Positions 26,836-35,092 of a stretch of 64,000 nt of DNA are shown here, one piece after another. Location of the stretch: positions 771 to 64,770 of the forward strand of contig CANGPX010000001.1 in NCBI GenBank assembly GCA_947456095.1, written 5' to 3'. The notes under the pieces were generated by a model. That model was not told where the DNA came from and did not search any database. It saw nothing but the letters and a program-made list of their open reading frames with translations. Made by a program: the position numbers and the translations under genes. This stretch comes from Acidimicrobiaceae bacterium (lineage in GTDB: Bacteria; Actinomycetota; Acidimicrobiia; Acidimicrobiales; RAAP-2). Position 1 is the first letter of the stretch. Each line of letters opens with the position of its first letter.

Positions 26836-27403
26836 CCTCCAACGGGCCTTCGAAGCCATTGTCCTTGTGGCTGTTGAACCGGTGCAAACCGCAACTGTGG
26901 CGGAATTGCTCGAAATCTCTGAGACCGAAGTTGAAGAATTGGCTTCGGCGCTCCAACAGCGCTGTCGAGATGAACAGCGCGGCTTTGAACTTGGCTTTGT
27001 CGCTGGTGGCTACCGATTTCAAACGACGTCGGACTTGGCCGAGATTGTGCAACGCTTCGCCAATCGCGGGGTCTCTACTCGTCTGTCGACTGCAGCTCTT
27101 GAGACGCTCGCCATTGTGGCGTATCGCCAGCCAGTTTCTCGAGCGCAGATTGGTGCACTTCGTGGAGTCAATGCTGATGGCGTGGTGAAGCTGCTTGAGG
27201 GTCGTGGCTATATTGCTGCAACTGGGCGTGCTGAAGGTCCTGGGCAACCACTGCTGTACGGAACGACGGAATTGTTCTTGGAGCGCTTGGGACTCTTCTC
27301 CTTGACGCAACTTCCTCCCGTTGAGGAGTTCTTGCCTGGTGCAGATGCCGTGAGTGATTTCGAAGACACGATCCGCGGTGTGGACGACCTCACGAGTGCT
27401 TGA
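26825..27403 (+). CDS. scpB: Segregation and condensation protein B
   Basis: ALEAIVLVA-like N-terminus and the winged-helix pattern LETLAIVAYRQPVSRAQIGALRGVN. ATG at 26825 (or TTG 26816) overlaps the scpA end. Confidence 0.85.
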   Translation: MRDDLQRAFEAIVLVAVEPVQTATVAELLEISETEVEELASALQQRCRDEQRGFELGFVAGGYRFQTTSDLAEIVQRFANRGVSTRLSTAALETLAIVAYRQPVSRAQIGALRGVNADGVVKLLEGRGYIAATGRAEGPGQPLLYGTTELFLERLGLFSLTQLPPVEEFLPGADAVSDFEDTIRGVDDLTSA

Positions 27404-28172
27404 AGAACACGAAGACGGAGAGCGGCTACAAAAGGTCTTAGCTCGCGTTGGCTACGGCTCTCGCCGAGCATGCGAGGAACTCATTGAGCGCGGCAGAGTC
27501 ACCGTCAATGGCGGCGTCGCCATTTTGGGGCGACGGGTGCATGACGACCGTGACCTCGTTGCCGTCGATGGAGTCCCCATTCCAACAGCACCAGGTCTCG
27601 TGCATTACCTCCTCAATAAGCCACAAGGAGTGGTGTCGACATCAAGTGACCCTGAAGGCCGTCGAACGGTGGTGGAATTCGTCCCCGAAGACCCACGAGT
27701 GTTTTCCGTTGGTCGTTTGGACTTTGCTACCGAAGGTTTGTTGCTGCTCACGAACGATGGCACCTTTGCCCAACTCCTCACGCATCCATCGTTTGGCGTG
27801 GAGAAGGAATACTTGGCCGAGATCTCCGGAGGTTCGCTGAGTCCCGGGAGCCTTCGACTTCTGAAAGAAGGTGTTGCGCTCGATGATGGCGTGACTGCTC
27901 CAGCCAAAGTCGCCGAGGTCGCGCCGGGAATGGTGCGGATCGTGATTCACGAGGGCCGAAATCGACAGGTTCGTCGGATGTTTGAAGCGGTTGGCCATGA
28001 GGTCACCCGCCTCGTTCGGGTTCGCATTGGTGGACTGATGGATCAATCACTCAAACCCGGTGCTTTTCGAACGCTTTCACTTGAAGAAGTACTCAGCCTT
28101 GGCGCTTTGGCGGCAAATGGTGCTCCAGACAAAAGAACGCGGGCGGAACGGCGAAGTAATCTGCAGAGGTGA
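27396..28172 (+). CDS. rluB: Pseudouridine synthase, RsuA/RluB family (S4 domain + catalytic domain)
   Basis: ERLQKVLARVGYGSRRACEELI (S4) and the GRLDFATEGLLLLTNDG catalytic-Asp motif. GTG start overlaps the scpB stop. Confidence 0.85.
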   Translation: MLEEHEDGERLQKVLARVGYGSRRACEELIERGRVTVNGGVAILGRRVHDDRDLVAVDGVPIPTAPGLVHYLLNKPQGVVSTSSDPEGRRTVVEFVPEDPRVFSVGRLDFATEGLLLLTNDGTFAQLLTHPSFGVEKEYLAEISGGSLSPGSLRLLKEGVALDDGVTAPAKVAEVAPGMVRIVIHEGRNRQVRRMFEAVGHEVTRLVRVRIGGLMDQSLKPGAFRTLSLEEVLSLGALAANGAPDKRTRAERRSNLQR

Positions 28173-28543
28173 CGTGGATCAAACAGGTGAGAGGCGTACG
28201 CGGTGCCACCACCATTGACAACGATACGCGTGAAGATGTCGTCGAGCGAGTCACCGAACTCCTGAGCGCTTTGTGTAGTCGCAACGCTCTGCGTGAAGCA
28301 GACATTGTGTCGATTCTGTTCACCGCAACTGATGATGTGCACTCGGTGTTTCCAGCAACTGCTGCCCGAGACCTTGGCTTTGCCGAGGTTCCACTCATTT
28401 GTGCCCGAGAACTCGACATCACCGGGGCAACTCCGTTATGCATCAGAGTTTTGCTGACGGTGAGAACTCGCCGGAGCCAATCAGACGTCGTCCACATTTA
28501 CCTCCATGGGGCTGCCAGCCTTCGAAATGACCTAACGAAGTGA
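28169..28543 (+). CDS. aroH: Chorismate mutase, AroH class (monofunctional, about 124 aa)
   Basis: VRGVRGATT...DIVSILFTATDD...FPA...VPLICARE matches the AroH-type (B. subtilis-like) signature. GTGA overlap at both ends. Confidence 0.8.
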   Translation: MTWIKQVRGVRGATTIDNDTREDVVERVTELLSALCSRNALREADIVSILFTATDDVHSVFPATAARDLGFAEVPLICARELDITGATPLCIRVLLTVRTRRSQSDVVHIYLHGAASLRNDLTK

Positions 28544-29619
28544 CCAGTGCCCTTCGGCGCGCCGTCGTCATTGGGGTCGGACTCATTGGAGGCTCTGTTG
28601 CGCTTGGCTTGAAAGAGCAGGGCTTTTTTGTTTCTGGAATTGATCTCAACCGAGACTTGGAACAATCTGCGCTTGACCAAGGCGTGATCGATGCTGTTGG
28701 TGATGATCTTGAGGCTGAATTGGTTGTTGCCTGTGTACCGGCGCAACATGTTGTTGAGGTTGTTCGTGCCATCTTGGCCGTGCCGGGGCGTCGTGAAGAT
28801 GTCGTAGTGAGCGACGTGTGTGGGGTCAAAGCTCCACTAGGTCTTGAGATTGATGACCTTCGCTTTATTGGCGGTCACCCCATGGCGGGTTCGGAGCAAC
28901 TCGGACTTAGTGGTGCTCGAGCTGATTTGTTTGTTGGCGCGACATGGGTCTTGTGTCCTACACCTCACACGCAACCCTCGAGATATGCCGCCCTGTCCTC
29001 GCTCGTGACCAGTCTTGGAGCGTTGCCACTGGCACTTGACGCCGGCGATCACGATCGACTCGTCGCGGTTGTGAGCCACGTGCCACACCTAATGGCAGCG
29101 ACGCTCATGAGAAGAGCAGTCATTGGCTCAGCAAGCGATGGAGCGCTGCTGCAGCTTGCCGCTGGAGGGTTTCGCGACATGACCAGAGTGGCTGCTGGCG
29201 ATCCAGTGATCTGGCCAGACTTGTGTGCGACGAATGCTCAAGCGATTGCCGCCACACTTGAATTGATCATTGCCGACCTTGCTGCAGTTCGTGAGATGGT
29301 GCTGGTTGGCGATCGAGATGGATTATTTGATTTCCTCACGGTGTCTTCACAAGCACGGCGCGCACTTCCGGCCAAACAACAAGTACCTACAGAACTGGTG
29401 ATGTTGAAGGTCGTCGTGAGTGACCAGCCAGGCACTTTGGCTGAAGTCACCACCATTGCCAGTGACTTGCAAGTAAACGTTGTCGACCTGCAAATTGCTC
29501 ACAGCATCGAAGGTGGTAGGGGAGTGTTGCAGCTCACCATTGGTAAAGCCGGGTCGCAAGCACTTTCTCACTCACTGACCAAGCGTGGCTATGACTGCTT
29601 TGTTGAGGAGTTGCGATGA
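28540..29619 (+). CDS. tyrA: Prephenate dehydrogenase with C-terminal ACT domain
   Basis: VIGVGLIGGS Rossmann motif, GGHPMAGSE, VSHVPH, and an ACT-like C-terminus. Confidence 0.85.
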   Translation: MTSALRRAVVIGVGLIGGSVALGLKEQGFFVSGIDLNRDLEQSALDQGVIDAVGDDLEAELVVACVPAQHVVEVVRAILAVPGRREDVVVSDVCGVKAPLGLEIDDLRFIGGHPMAGSEQLGLSGARADLFVGATWVLCPTPHTQPSRYAALSSLVTSLGALPLALDAGDHDRLVAVVSHVPHLMAATLMRRAVIGSASDGALLQLAAGGFRDMTRVAAGDPVIWPDLCATNAQAIAATLELIIADLAAVREMVLVGDRDGLFDFLTVSSQARRALPAKQQVPTELVMLKVVVSDQPGTLAEVTTIASDLQVNVVDLQIAHSIEGGRGVLQLTIGKAGSQALSHSLTKRGYDCFVEELR

Positions 29620-30911
29620 GCGTCCATGTGATTCAGCCCTGTTTTGAGTTGTCGGGAACAGTCGTGCCGCCAGGCGATAAGTCAATTTCTCATCGAGCAC
29701 TGATGTTGTCGGCGCTAGCTAACGGAAGAAGCGAAATACGAGGCCTCTCAAGTGGGCTCGACGTCATGGCAACGATGCGCATCATGCAGCAATTAGGTGC
29801 ACAGATCGACCATGACGGAGAAGTTGTTCGAGTGAGTTCAACAGGAGAACTCTCCGCTTCCGTGGATGCTCTTGACTGTGGGAATTCTGGGACAACCATG
29901 CGCCTTCTGGCTGGCATTTGCGCCGGTATTGCCGGTCGACACGTGTTGGTTGGTGATGACTCGTTGTCAATGCGCCCGATGGATCGCGTTGCGGTCCCCC
30001 TTGAGTTGATGGGGGCAACGTTGAGTGGGAACGGTGAGCGCCTCACGCCACCGCTCATCGTCGAGGGAGCATCGCTTCGCAGCATCTCGTATTCAGTGCC
30101 GGTGCCAAGTGCTCAAGTGAAGTCATCGGTATTGCTCGCTGGTTTGTTTGCTCAAGGTGAAACCTCGGTCGTCGAAGAATTGCGCACGAGGGCTCACACA
30201 GAAGAGATGTTGGTTGAAGCGGGCGTTCTGGTCACGTCGACCGACGTTGGAGAGGGGCGAGTTGTTCGCCTCAGCCCCTCGAGTCCAAACGCTCGAAACT
30301 GGGTTGTCGCTTCAGACCCGAGTCAAGCAGCCTTCGCCATTGTGGCTGGAGTGCTCGCTCAACACGGCAGCGTTTTGGTGCGCGATCTCTACGGCGGCCT
30401 GGAGCGGCTTGGTTTCTTGAGCGTGCTTCAGCGTATGGGGGCAGACCTCACGATTGTTGACCGAGATGGCCGCAAAGACGTCGTTGCCCGTCCCTCGAAG
30501 CTCGAGGGAACAACAATCAACTCAAGTGAAATCCCCTCAGTTGATGAGGTTCCCATTCTGGCCATTGCTGCACTTCGTGCAACCTCGCCGACAAGATTCA
30601 TTGATGTCGGTGAACTTCGTCTCAAAGAATCAGATCGACTGACAGCAACCGCCAATCTCGTTCGAGCGCTCGGTGGAGGCGCCACCATTGAAGGTGACGA
30701 CTTGTTGATTGAGCCGAAGAACTCGGGTGCTGTTCATGCGCAGATTGATCCTCTGCACGACCATCGCTTGGCAATGAGCGCAGCCATTGGAGCACTCTCT
30801 GCCGCTGTTGGTTCAACGGTCACCATTTTCGAGACGGAATGTATTGCAACGAGTTACCCCATGTTTTTTGATGATCTCATATCTCTTGGAGCCCACGTTG
30901 ACCACAAGTGA
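29616..30911 (+). CDS. aroA: 3-phosphoshikimate 1-carboxyvinyltransferase (EPSP synthase)
   Basis: PGDKSISHRALML, LDCGNSGTTMRLL, RLKESDR and DHRLAMS. Confidence 0.95.
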   Translation: MSVHVIQPCFELSGTVVPPGDKSISHRALMLSALANGRSEIRGLSSGLDVMATMRIMQQLGAQIDHDGEVVRVSSTGELSASVDALDCGNSGTTMRLLAGICAGIAGRHVLVGDDSLSMRPMDRVAVPLELMGATLSGNGERLTPPLIVEGASLRSISYSVPVPSAQVKSSVLLAGLFAQGETSVVEELRTRAHTEEMLVEAGVLVTSTDVGEGRVVRLSPSSPNARNWVVASDPSQAAFAIVAGVLAQHGSVLVRDLYGGLERLGFLSVLQRMGADLTIVDRDGRKDVVARPSKLEGTTINSSEIPSVDEVPILAIAALRATSPTRFIDVGELRLKESDRLTATANLVRALGGGATIEGDDLLIEPKNSGAVHAQIDPLHDHRLAMSAAIGALSAAVGSTVTIFETECIATSYPMFFDDLISLGAHVDHK

Positions 30912-30924
30912 AGACGCTCAACAA

Positions 30925-31542
30925 GTGGGGGAGAACCTGATCATTGCTATTGATGGTCCAGCGGGCGCAGGAAAATCCAGCGTGGCAAAGGCTCTTTCTG
31001 CGCAACTCAACATTGATCGCCTCGACACGGGGTCGATGTATCGCGCCGTCGCTGCAGCAGCGCTCTCGCATTCGGTTGACTTGCACGACTTCGAACGACT
31101 TGTTGCGCTTTCACGTGGGCTCGAGGTGACCAGCGAAGGTCGGTGTCTGGTCCATGGAGAAGATGTCAGCCATGCACTTCGAGATCCTGAAACAAATACG
31201 GCGGTGTCTGTTGTTGCAGCAACGAGTGAAGTGCGAACGATTCTTGTTGCCTTGCAGCGAAGTTGGGCGAGGAATCGTTCAATGGCTGGTGTAATTGAAG
31301 GTCGAGATATCGCGTCGGTTGTCTTTCCTGACGCTCGACTTAAGATTTATCTGACAGCATCGGTTGAAGAACGAGCTCGACGGCGAAGTGATGAGGGTGC
31401 GGCATCGATTCTTCGCAGAGACCAAGTAGACACCTCCCGGACGGCGTCCCCGCTGGTCTTGGCCGATGGTTCACGCGAACTTGACACCACCGGGCGTAGC
31501 ATTGCAGACGTGACCTCCGAAATCTTGTCGTGGCTCCAGTGA
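30925..31542 (+). CDS. cmk: Cytidylate kinase
   Basis: IAIDGPAGAGKSSVAK P-loop and DTGSMYRA. Start at GTG 30925, or TTG 30898 overlapping aroA. The ORF-track ATG at 30787 lies inside aroA. Confidence 0.9.
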   Translation: MGENLIIAIDGPAGAGKSSVAKALSAQLNIDRLDTGSMYRAVAAAALSHSVDLHDFERLVALSRGLEVTSEGRCLVHGEDVSHALRDPETNTAVSVVAATSEVRTILVALQRSWARNRSMAGVIEGRDIASVVFPDARLKIYLTASVEERARRRSDEGAASILRRDQVDTSRTASPLVLADGSRELDTTGRSIADVTSEILSWLQ

Positions 31543-32222
31543 GCACTCGCCACGCTGCGGGGAAAGACGAAGCCTTCAAGGTTGATTCACGACGCACTGT
31601 TGGCTACGTCTTTGCTCGAAGCATCATCATGGGCGTTGCCCGTTCACTGTTTCGACCACGTGTTCGCTCATTCGTGCCAATTCCAGCCACCGGCGGGGTC
31701 CTCATCGCCCCGGTGCATCGTTCGAATGTGGACTTTGTCTTCCCCGTACTGCTCACCAAGCGCAAGATGTTCTTCATGGCAAAAGACAGCCTCTGGAAAG
31801 TTGGCTTGCTTGGACGCTTTCTCATTGCCATGGGCGGCTTTCCTGTCCACCGTGAATCAGCTGACCGAGCCTCGCTTCAACGTGCTGAAGAAGTCTTGGC
31901 ACGAGGAGAGGTGCTGATTTTATTTCCAGAAGGCACTCGCCAAGAAGGCCCTGATGTCCTCGAGATCCATGAGGGAGCGGCGTATTTGGCATCAAAGACG
32001 CAGTGCCCGATCATTCCTGTTGGCATTGCTGGCAGCGATCGAGCAATGCCAAAGGGTGCAACCCTGCCTCGTCCACTGCGGGTTTCGGTGTATTCCGGTG
32101 CAGCGCTGCAACCAGCCCCACTCTCTGAGTCAGGAAAAATTCAGCGTTCGGCAATCAAAGCGTCAACGGAAGAATTGCGGCGCGCCCTCCAGGTGGCGTT
32201 CGATGCCGCAAAGTTGCTGTAG
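31530..32222 (+). CDS. plsC: 1-acyl-sn-glycerol-3-phosphate acyltransferase
   Basis: HRSNVD (HX4D) and FPEGTR motifs. GTG start overlaps the cmk end. Confidence 0.85.
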   Translation: MAPVSTRHAAGKDEAFKVDSRRTVGYVFARSIIMGVARSLFRPRVRSFVPIPATGGVLIAPVHRSNVDFVFPVLLTKRKMFFMAKDSLWKVGLLGRFLIAMGGFPVHRESADRASLQRAEEVLARGEVLILFPEGTRQEGPDVLEIHEGAAYLASKTQCPIIPVGIAGSDRAMPKGATLPRPLRVSVYSGAALQPAPLSESGKIQRSAIKASTEELRRALQVAFDAAKLL

Positions 32223-32546
32223 CCCTTGCGAAGTTTGGTGAAGAAGTTGCGACCACAGTGGTGAGTGACTGAGGAAACACCATTGATGATGGCGTCAAAA
32301 GAGATCTTCATCGTGTGGGACTCGACCGACCGATGAACCGAAGTGTTGACCACTCAAGTCATGGAGATGAAGCTCTGCGGTCTCGCCACATCAGTAAATG
32401 GCTGAAAACCAGCGCAGACTCTGTCTCTCTGTTTCGATGAAAGCAGAGAACGAGATCTCGTTGTCGTGCACTGTTCGCTCTACTTGAAAACCTGCAAAGT
32501 TGCCGTTGACGCCGAAGTCGCCAGTAACTGCCTGAGCCTGTTCGAC

Positions 32547-33347
32547 TTACCGCTCTCGCCACCAGGTGCGAATGACGACGTTGGCGTAACGGAATCCGTA
32601 AAGGAGAGAGTTGCCCTTCTTCGTTGTTCCATGGGCGCGTGGATACCAAACAGTGGGCTTCTCTGAGATTCTCCAACCTCGTCGAATGGCGGTGATGATG
32701 AGTTCTGAGGTTTGATACTGAACTTGCACGCAGCGGGGCACGACGTCTTTGAGCATTGAAACGCGCAGTGCTCGGTAGCCATTTGACGTGTCGGTCAATT
32801 TTGACCGAGTCAAGATATTGACCACGGCGGAGAAGAAGACAACTCCCGCCTTTCTGAACAAGTCGCTCGTGTTGTCGACTCCAAGGCGACGTGATCCAAC
32901 AACGAAGTCGCTTTGGTCATCAACGAGGGGCTGCAGCATTACCGGGATTTCGGTGGGGTCATTTTGGCCATCGGCATCCAAGGTGATGACGTACTCGACG
33001 CCATTGTCAATACAAAGGTTGTAGCCAGCGCGTAGCGCCACACCGTGGCCGAGGTTTACGGGGAATACCAGGGCGTAGACGCCATGCTCGATCACGATGT
33101 CAGCGGTCTTGTCATCGCCACCATCGACCACAACAAGCGTGGTGATCGGCATGCCGCAGGCCTCTTTTGGCATGGCCTCTAAGACGTCAGCAATGTTTTC
33201 TTCTTCTTCATAAGCAGCAATGATCGTGACTGCTTGACCGAGGTCGACTCCTGGGTACCTCTTGGCGAAATCTTCGCGAGCCAACTCCACGACGTGACGT
33301 TGCATGAGATCCATGCGGCGCTTTTCAAGATCATGCTTTTTGCTCAT
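32547..33347 (-). CDS. Family 2 glycosyltransferase (polyprenol-phosphate / DPM1-GtrB-like)
   Basis: VTIIAAYEEEENI, VVVDGGDDKT, LDADGQNDP (DXD) and VVGSRR. ATG at 33347 is preceded by AAGGAAG. The longer ORF to 33578 overlaps the HD gene. Confidence 0.8.
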   Translation of the reverse strand: MSKKHDLEKRRMDLMQRHVVELAREDFAKRYPGVDLGQAVTIIAAYEEEENIADVLEAMPKEACGMPITTLVVVDGGDDKTADIVIEHGVYALVFPVNLGHGVALRAGYNLCIDNGVEYVITLDADGQNDPTEIPVMLQPLVDDQSDFVVGSRRLGVDNTSDLFRKAGVVFFSAVVNILTRSKLTDTSNGYRALRVSMLKDVVPRCVQVQYQTSELIITAIRRGWRISEKPTVWYPRAHGTTKKGNSLLYGFRYANVVIRTWWRER

Positions 33348-33357
33348 GGCGTCTTCC

Positions 33358-33918
33358 TTACAGTGATCGAGGTTGTGCGAACACTCGGCGAACCATGGGT
33401 TCAAAGTGCTCGAGGGATTCAGTTGGGTAGTTCGGATCAAAGCTCGTTTGATCCCAATCGTCAGCGAACTGCTCGGCGAGTGCGTAGTAATCCTTGCCCA
33501 CGTGGTTCTGACGGAGATTGGGATCCATTCCAAGGAACTCGTAATAGTGCTTTCCCTGGAAATCTTGGTGAACGGCAATCATGGTGGAGACTTCCGCACG
33601 AACATAAGGTCGCAAGATCTCAGAGGCAATTTTCGGGTGATTTGCTACAGAAATCGCCTTGCCGAGATCGTGGCAAAGCGAGGCAACGATGACTTCTTCA
33701 TCAGCTCCCGCTTCTTCGGCTCGGGTGGCAGTCTGCAGCGAGTGCACAAGCTGGTTCACGGCAAAACCATCAGTAATGGCTTCCAAGCCCTTCAGCATCG
33801 TGAGGACAGTTTCGGCAACACGGGGCTGATGAGCCATGGTTTCGGTTGCAATGTGGGACCACTGCTCTTGGGTTGAGTGATCCATTGCCGTAAAGGTCGC
33901 GACTTCGTGCTCCGTCAT
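33358..33918 (-). CDS. HD-domain protein (COG4341-like; possible diiron oxygenase of the MIOX/PhnZ type rather than a phosphohydrolase)
   Basis: His/Asp ligand series HSLQTA...CHDLGK...NHPKIASE...VHQDFQGKHY...DWDQTSFDP. 186 aa. 10 nt upstream of the GT2 start. Confidence 0.7.
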   Translation of the reverse strand: MTEHEVATFTAMDHSTQEQWSHIATETMAHQPRVAETVLTMLKGLEAITDGFAVNQLVHSLQTATRAEEAGADEEVIVASLCHDLGKAISVANHPKIASEILRPYVRAEVSTMIAVHQDFQGKHYYEFLGMDPNLRQNHVGKDYYALAEQFADDWDQTSFDPNYPTESLEHFEPMVRRVFAQPRSL

Positions 33919-33958
33919 TTATTCAGTCTCGCAGATGCAGCAAGGCTCTGGTGGGAAT

Positions 33959-35020
33959 TCAACGAGCTGCGGTGATGAGCGAAGCGAGAACCGTTGCAGC
34001 CGATCGACTGCGGTCTCCAGCAACTGGGTCCCTCGGATCACCAACTGAGGCTTCATGAAAGCAACCTAAAGCCGTTCCGAGTCCCCTCAGGAGCTCTCTG
34101 AGCTCTGGGGGAGGTGGGAAATACTCATCTTCAGTCGTGACAGAGGCAACCTCAACGCCGTTCTTTGGGCTCAGTCGAGCAATGACCGCACTGACAAGTT
34201 GTTCAGGAGCCGATGCTCCTGCAGTGATTGCAACAGTTCCGCTCAAATCATCAGGAAGTTCTGCAGCATTGTTGACCCGGTAAACCCTTGAACAACCAGA
34301 ACTTCTCGCAACCGTTTCGAGCGCCACGGTATTAGACGAGTTACTTGACCCAATCACGACGACGGCGTCTGCTGATCCAGCAATAGCTTTGAGCGCTGCT
34401 TGGCGATTCGTTGTGGCAAAACACAGGTCAGAACGATTTGGCATCCACAGGTCAGGAAATTTGTCCTTCGCTAATTCCATCAAGTTGCGCCATTCATCAT
34501 GAGAAAGCGTCGTTTGGGCCAGTAGTGCAACCGGAGATGCGCCATCTACGAGGTCTTGGAGGTTCTCAATATCGCTTGGATGTTGAATTAAGCGAACTGA
34601 AGTTGGTGCCACAGCCATGGTTCCAACCGCCTCTTCGTGGCCGGCGTGGCCAACATACAAGACGGTGTAGCCCTTTTCGCTGCGTACCTTCATCTCATGG
34701 TGGACCTTGGTAACCAACGGGCACACTGCATCAATGACCATGCCTCTGGCCCGAGCAGCAGCGACGACTTCTGGAGCCGATCCATGGGCTGACAGCATGA
34801 GCGGAGCACCAAGGGGAACCTCGCTGACGTCGTCAACAAAGATCACGCCTTGCGCTTCAAACTGGTCAACAACAAAGCGGTTGTGGACAATCTCGTGGTA
34901 GCAGTAGACCGGAGCTGGAAAGATGCGAACCATCCACGCAAGCGCTTTGATCGCTTTTTCTACCCCTGCACAAAATCCGCGGGGTTCAGCGAGGATTACT
35001 CGGTCGACGTTCACCACCAA
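33959..35020 (-). CDS. ispH: 4-hydroxy-3-methylbut-2-enyl diphosphate reductase
   Basis: AEPRGFCAGVEKAI, the CPLVTKVH and NSSNT motifs, and an actinobacterial-type C-terminal extension. Confidence 0.95.
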   Translation of the reverse strand: MVVNVDRVILAEPRGFCAGVEKAIKALAWMVRIFPAPVYCYHEIVHNRFVVDQFEAQGVIFVDDVSEVPLGAPLMLSAHGSAPEVVAAARARGMVIDAVCPLVTKVHHEMKVRSEKGYTVLYVGHAGHEEAVGTMAVAPTSVRLIQHPSDIENLQDLVDGASPVALLAQTTLSHDEWRNLMELAKDKFPDLWMPNRSDLCFATTNRQAALKAIAGSADAVVVIGSSNSSNTVALETVARSSGCSRVYRVNNAAELPDDLSGTVAITAGASAPEQLVSAVIARLSPKNGVEVASVTTEDEYFPPPPELRELLRGLGTALGCFHEASVGDPRDPVAGDRSRSAATVLASLITAAR

Positions 35021-35092
35021 AGACTATCGGTCGACCCACCCGAGGCACCCTTTCGGCGAGCATGCCTAAGGTGGCACGGTAGCCTGTTGTCC

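Noticed and set aside
32141-32353. 70-aa minus-strand ORF with faint dodecin-like features (DAIINGV...; nearby GNFAGFQVERTV resembles the dodecin C-terminal G..A.FQV...V)
   Set aside because: The similarity is weak and the two pieces are in the wrong order and in different frames. The ORF overlaps 82 nt of plsC. I treat it only as part of the possible decayed-gene remnant.
33348-33578. N-terminal extension of the GT2 ORF overlapping the HD-domain gene
   Set aside because: The ATG at 33347 has a strong AAGGAAG Shine-Dalgarno and starts just before the GT2 fold. The extension is out-of-frame read-through of the HD gene's 3' end.
34850-35092. Upstream extension of the DUF512 ORF (track start 34850)
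   Set aside because: It would overlap 171 nt of the divergent ispH coding sequence. The PDZ domain begins right after the ATG at 35093.
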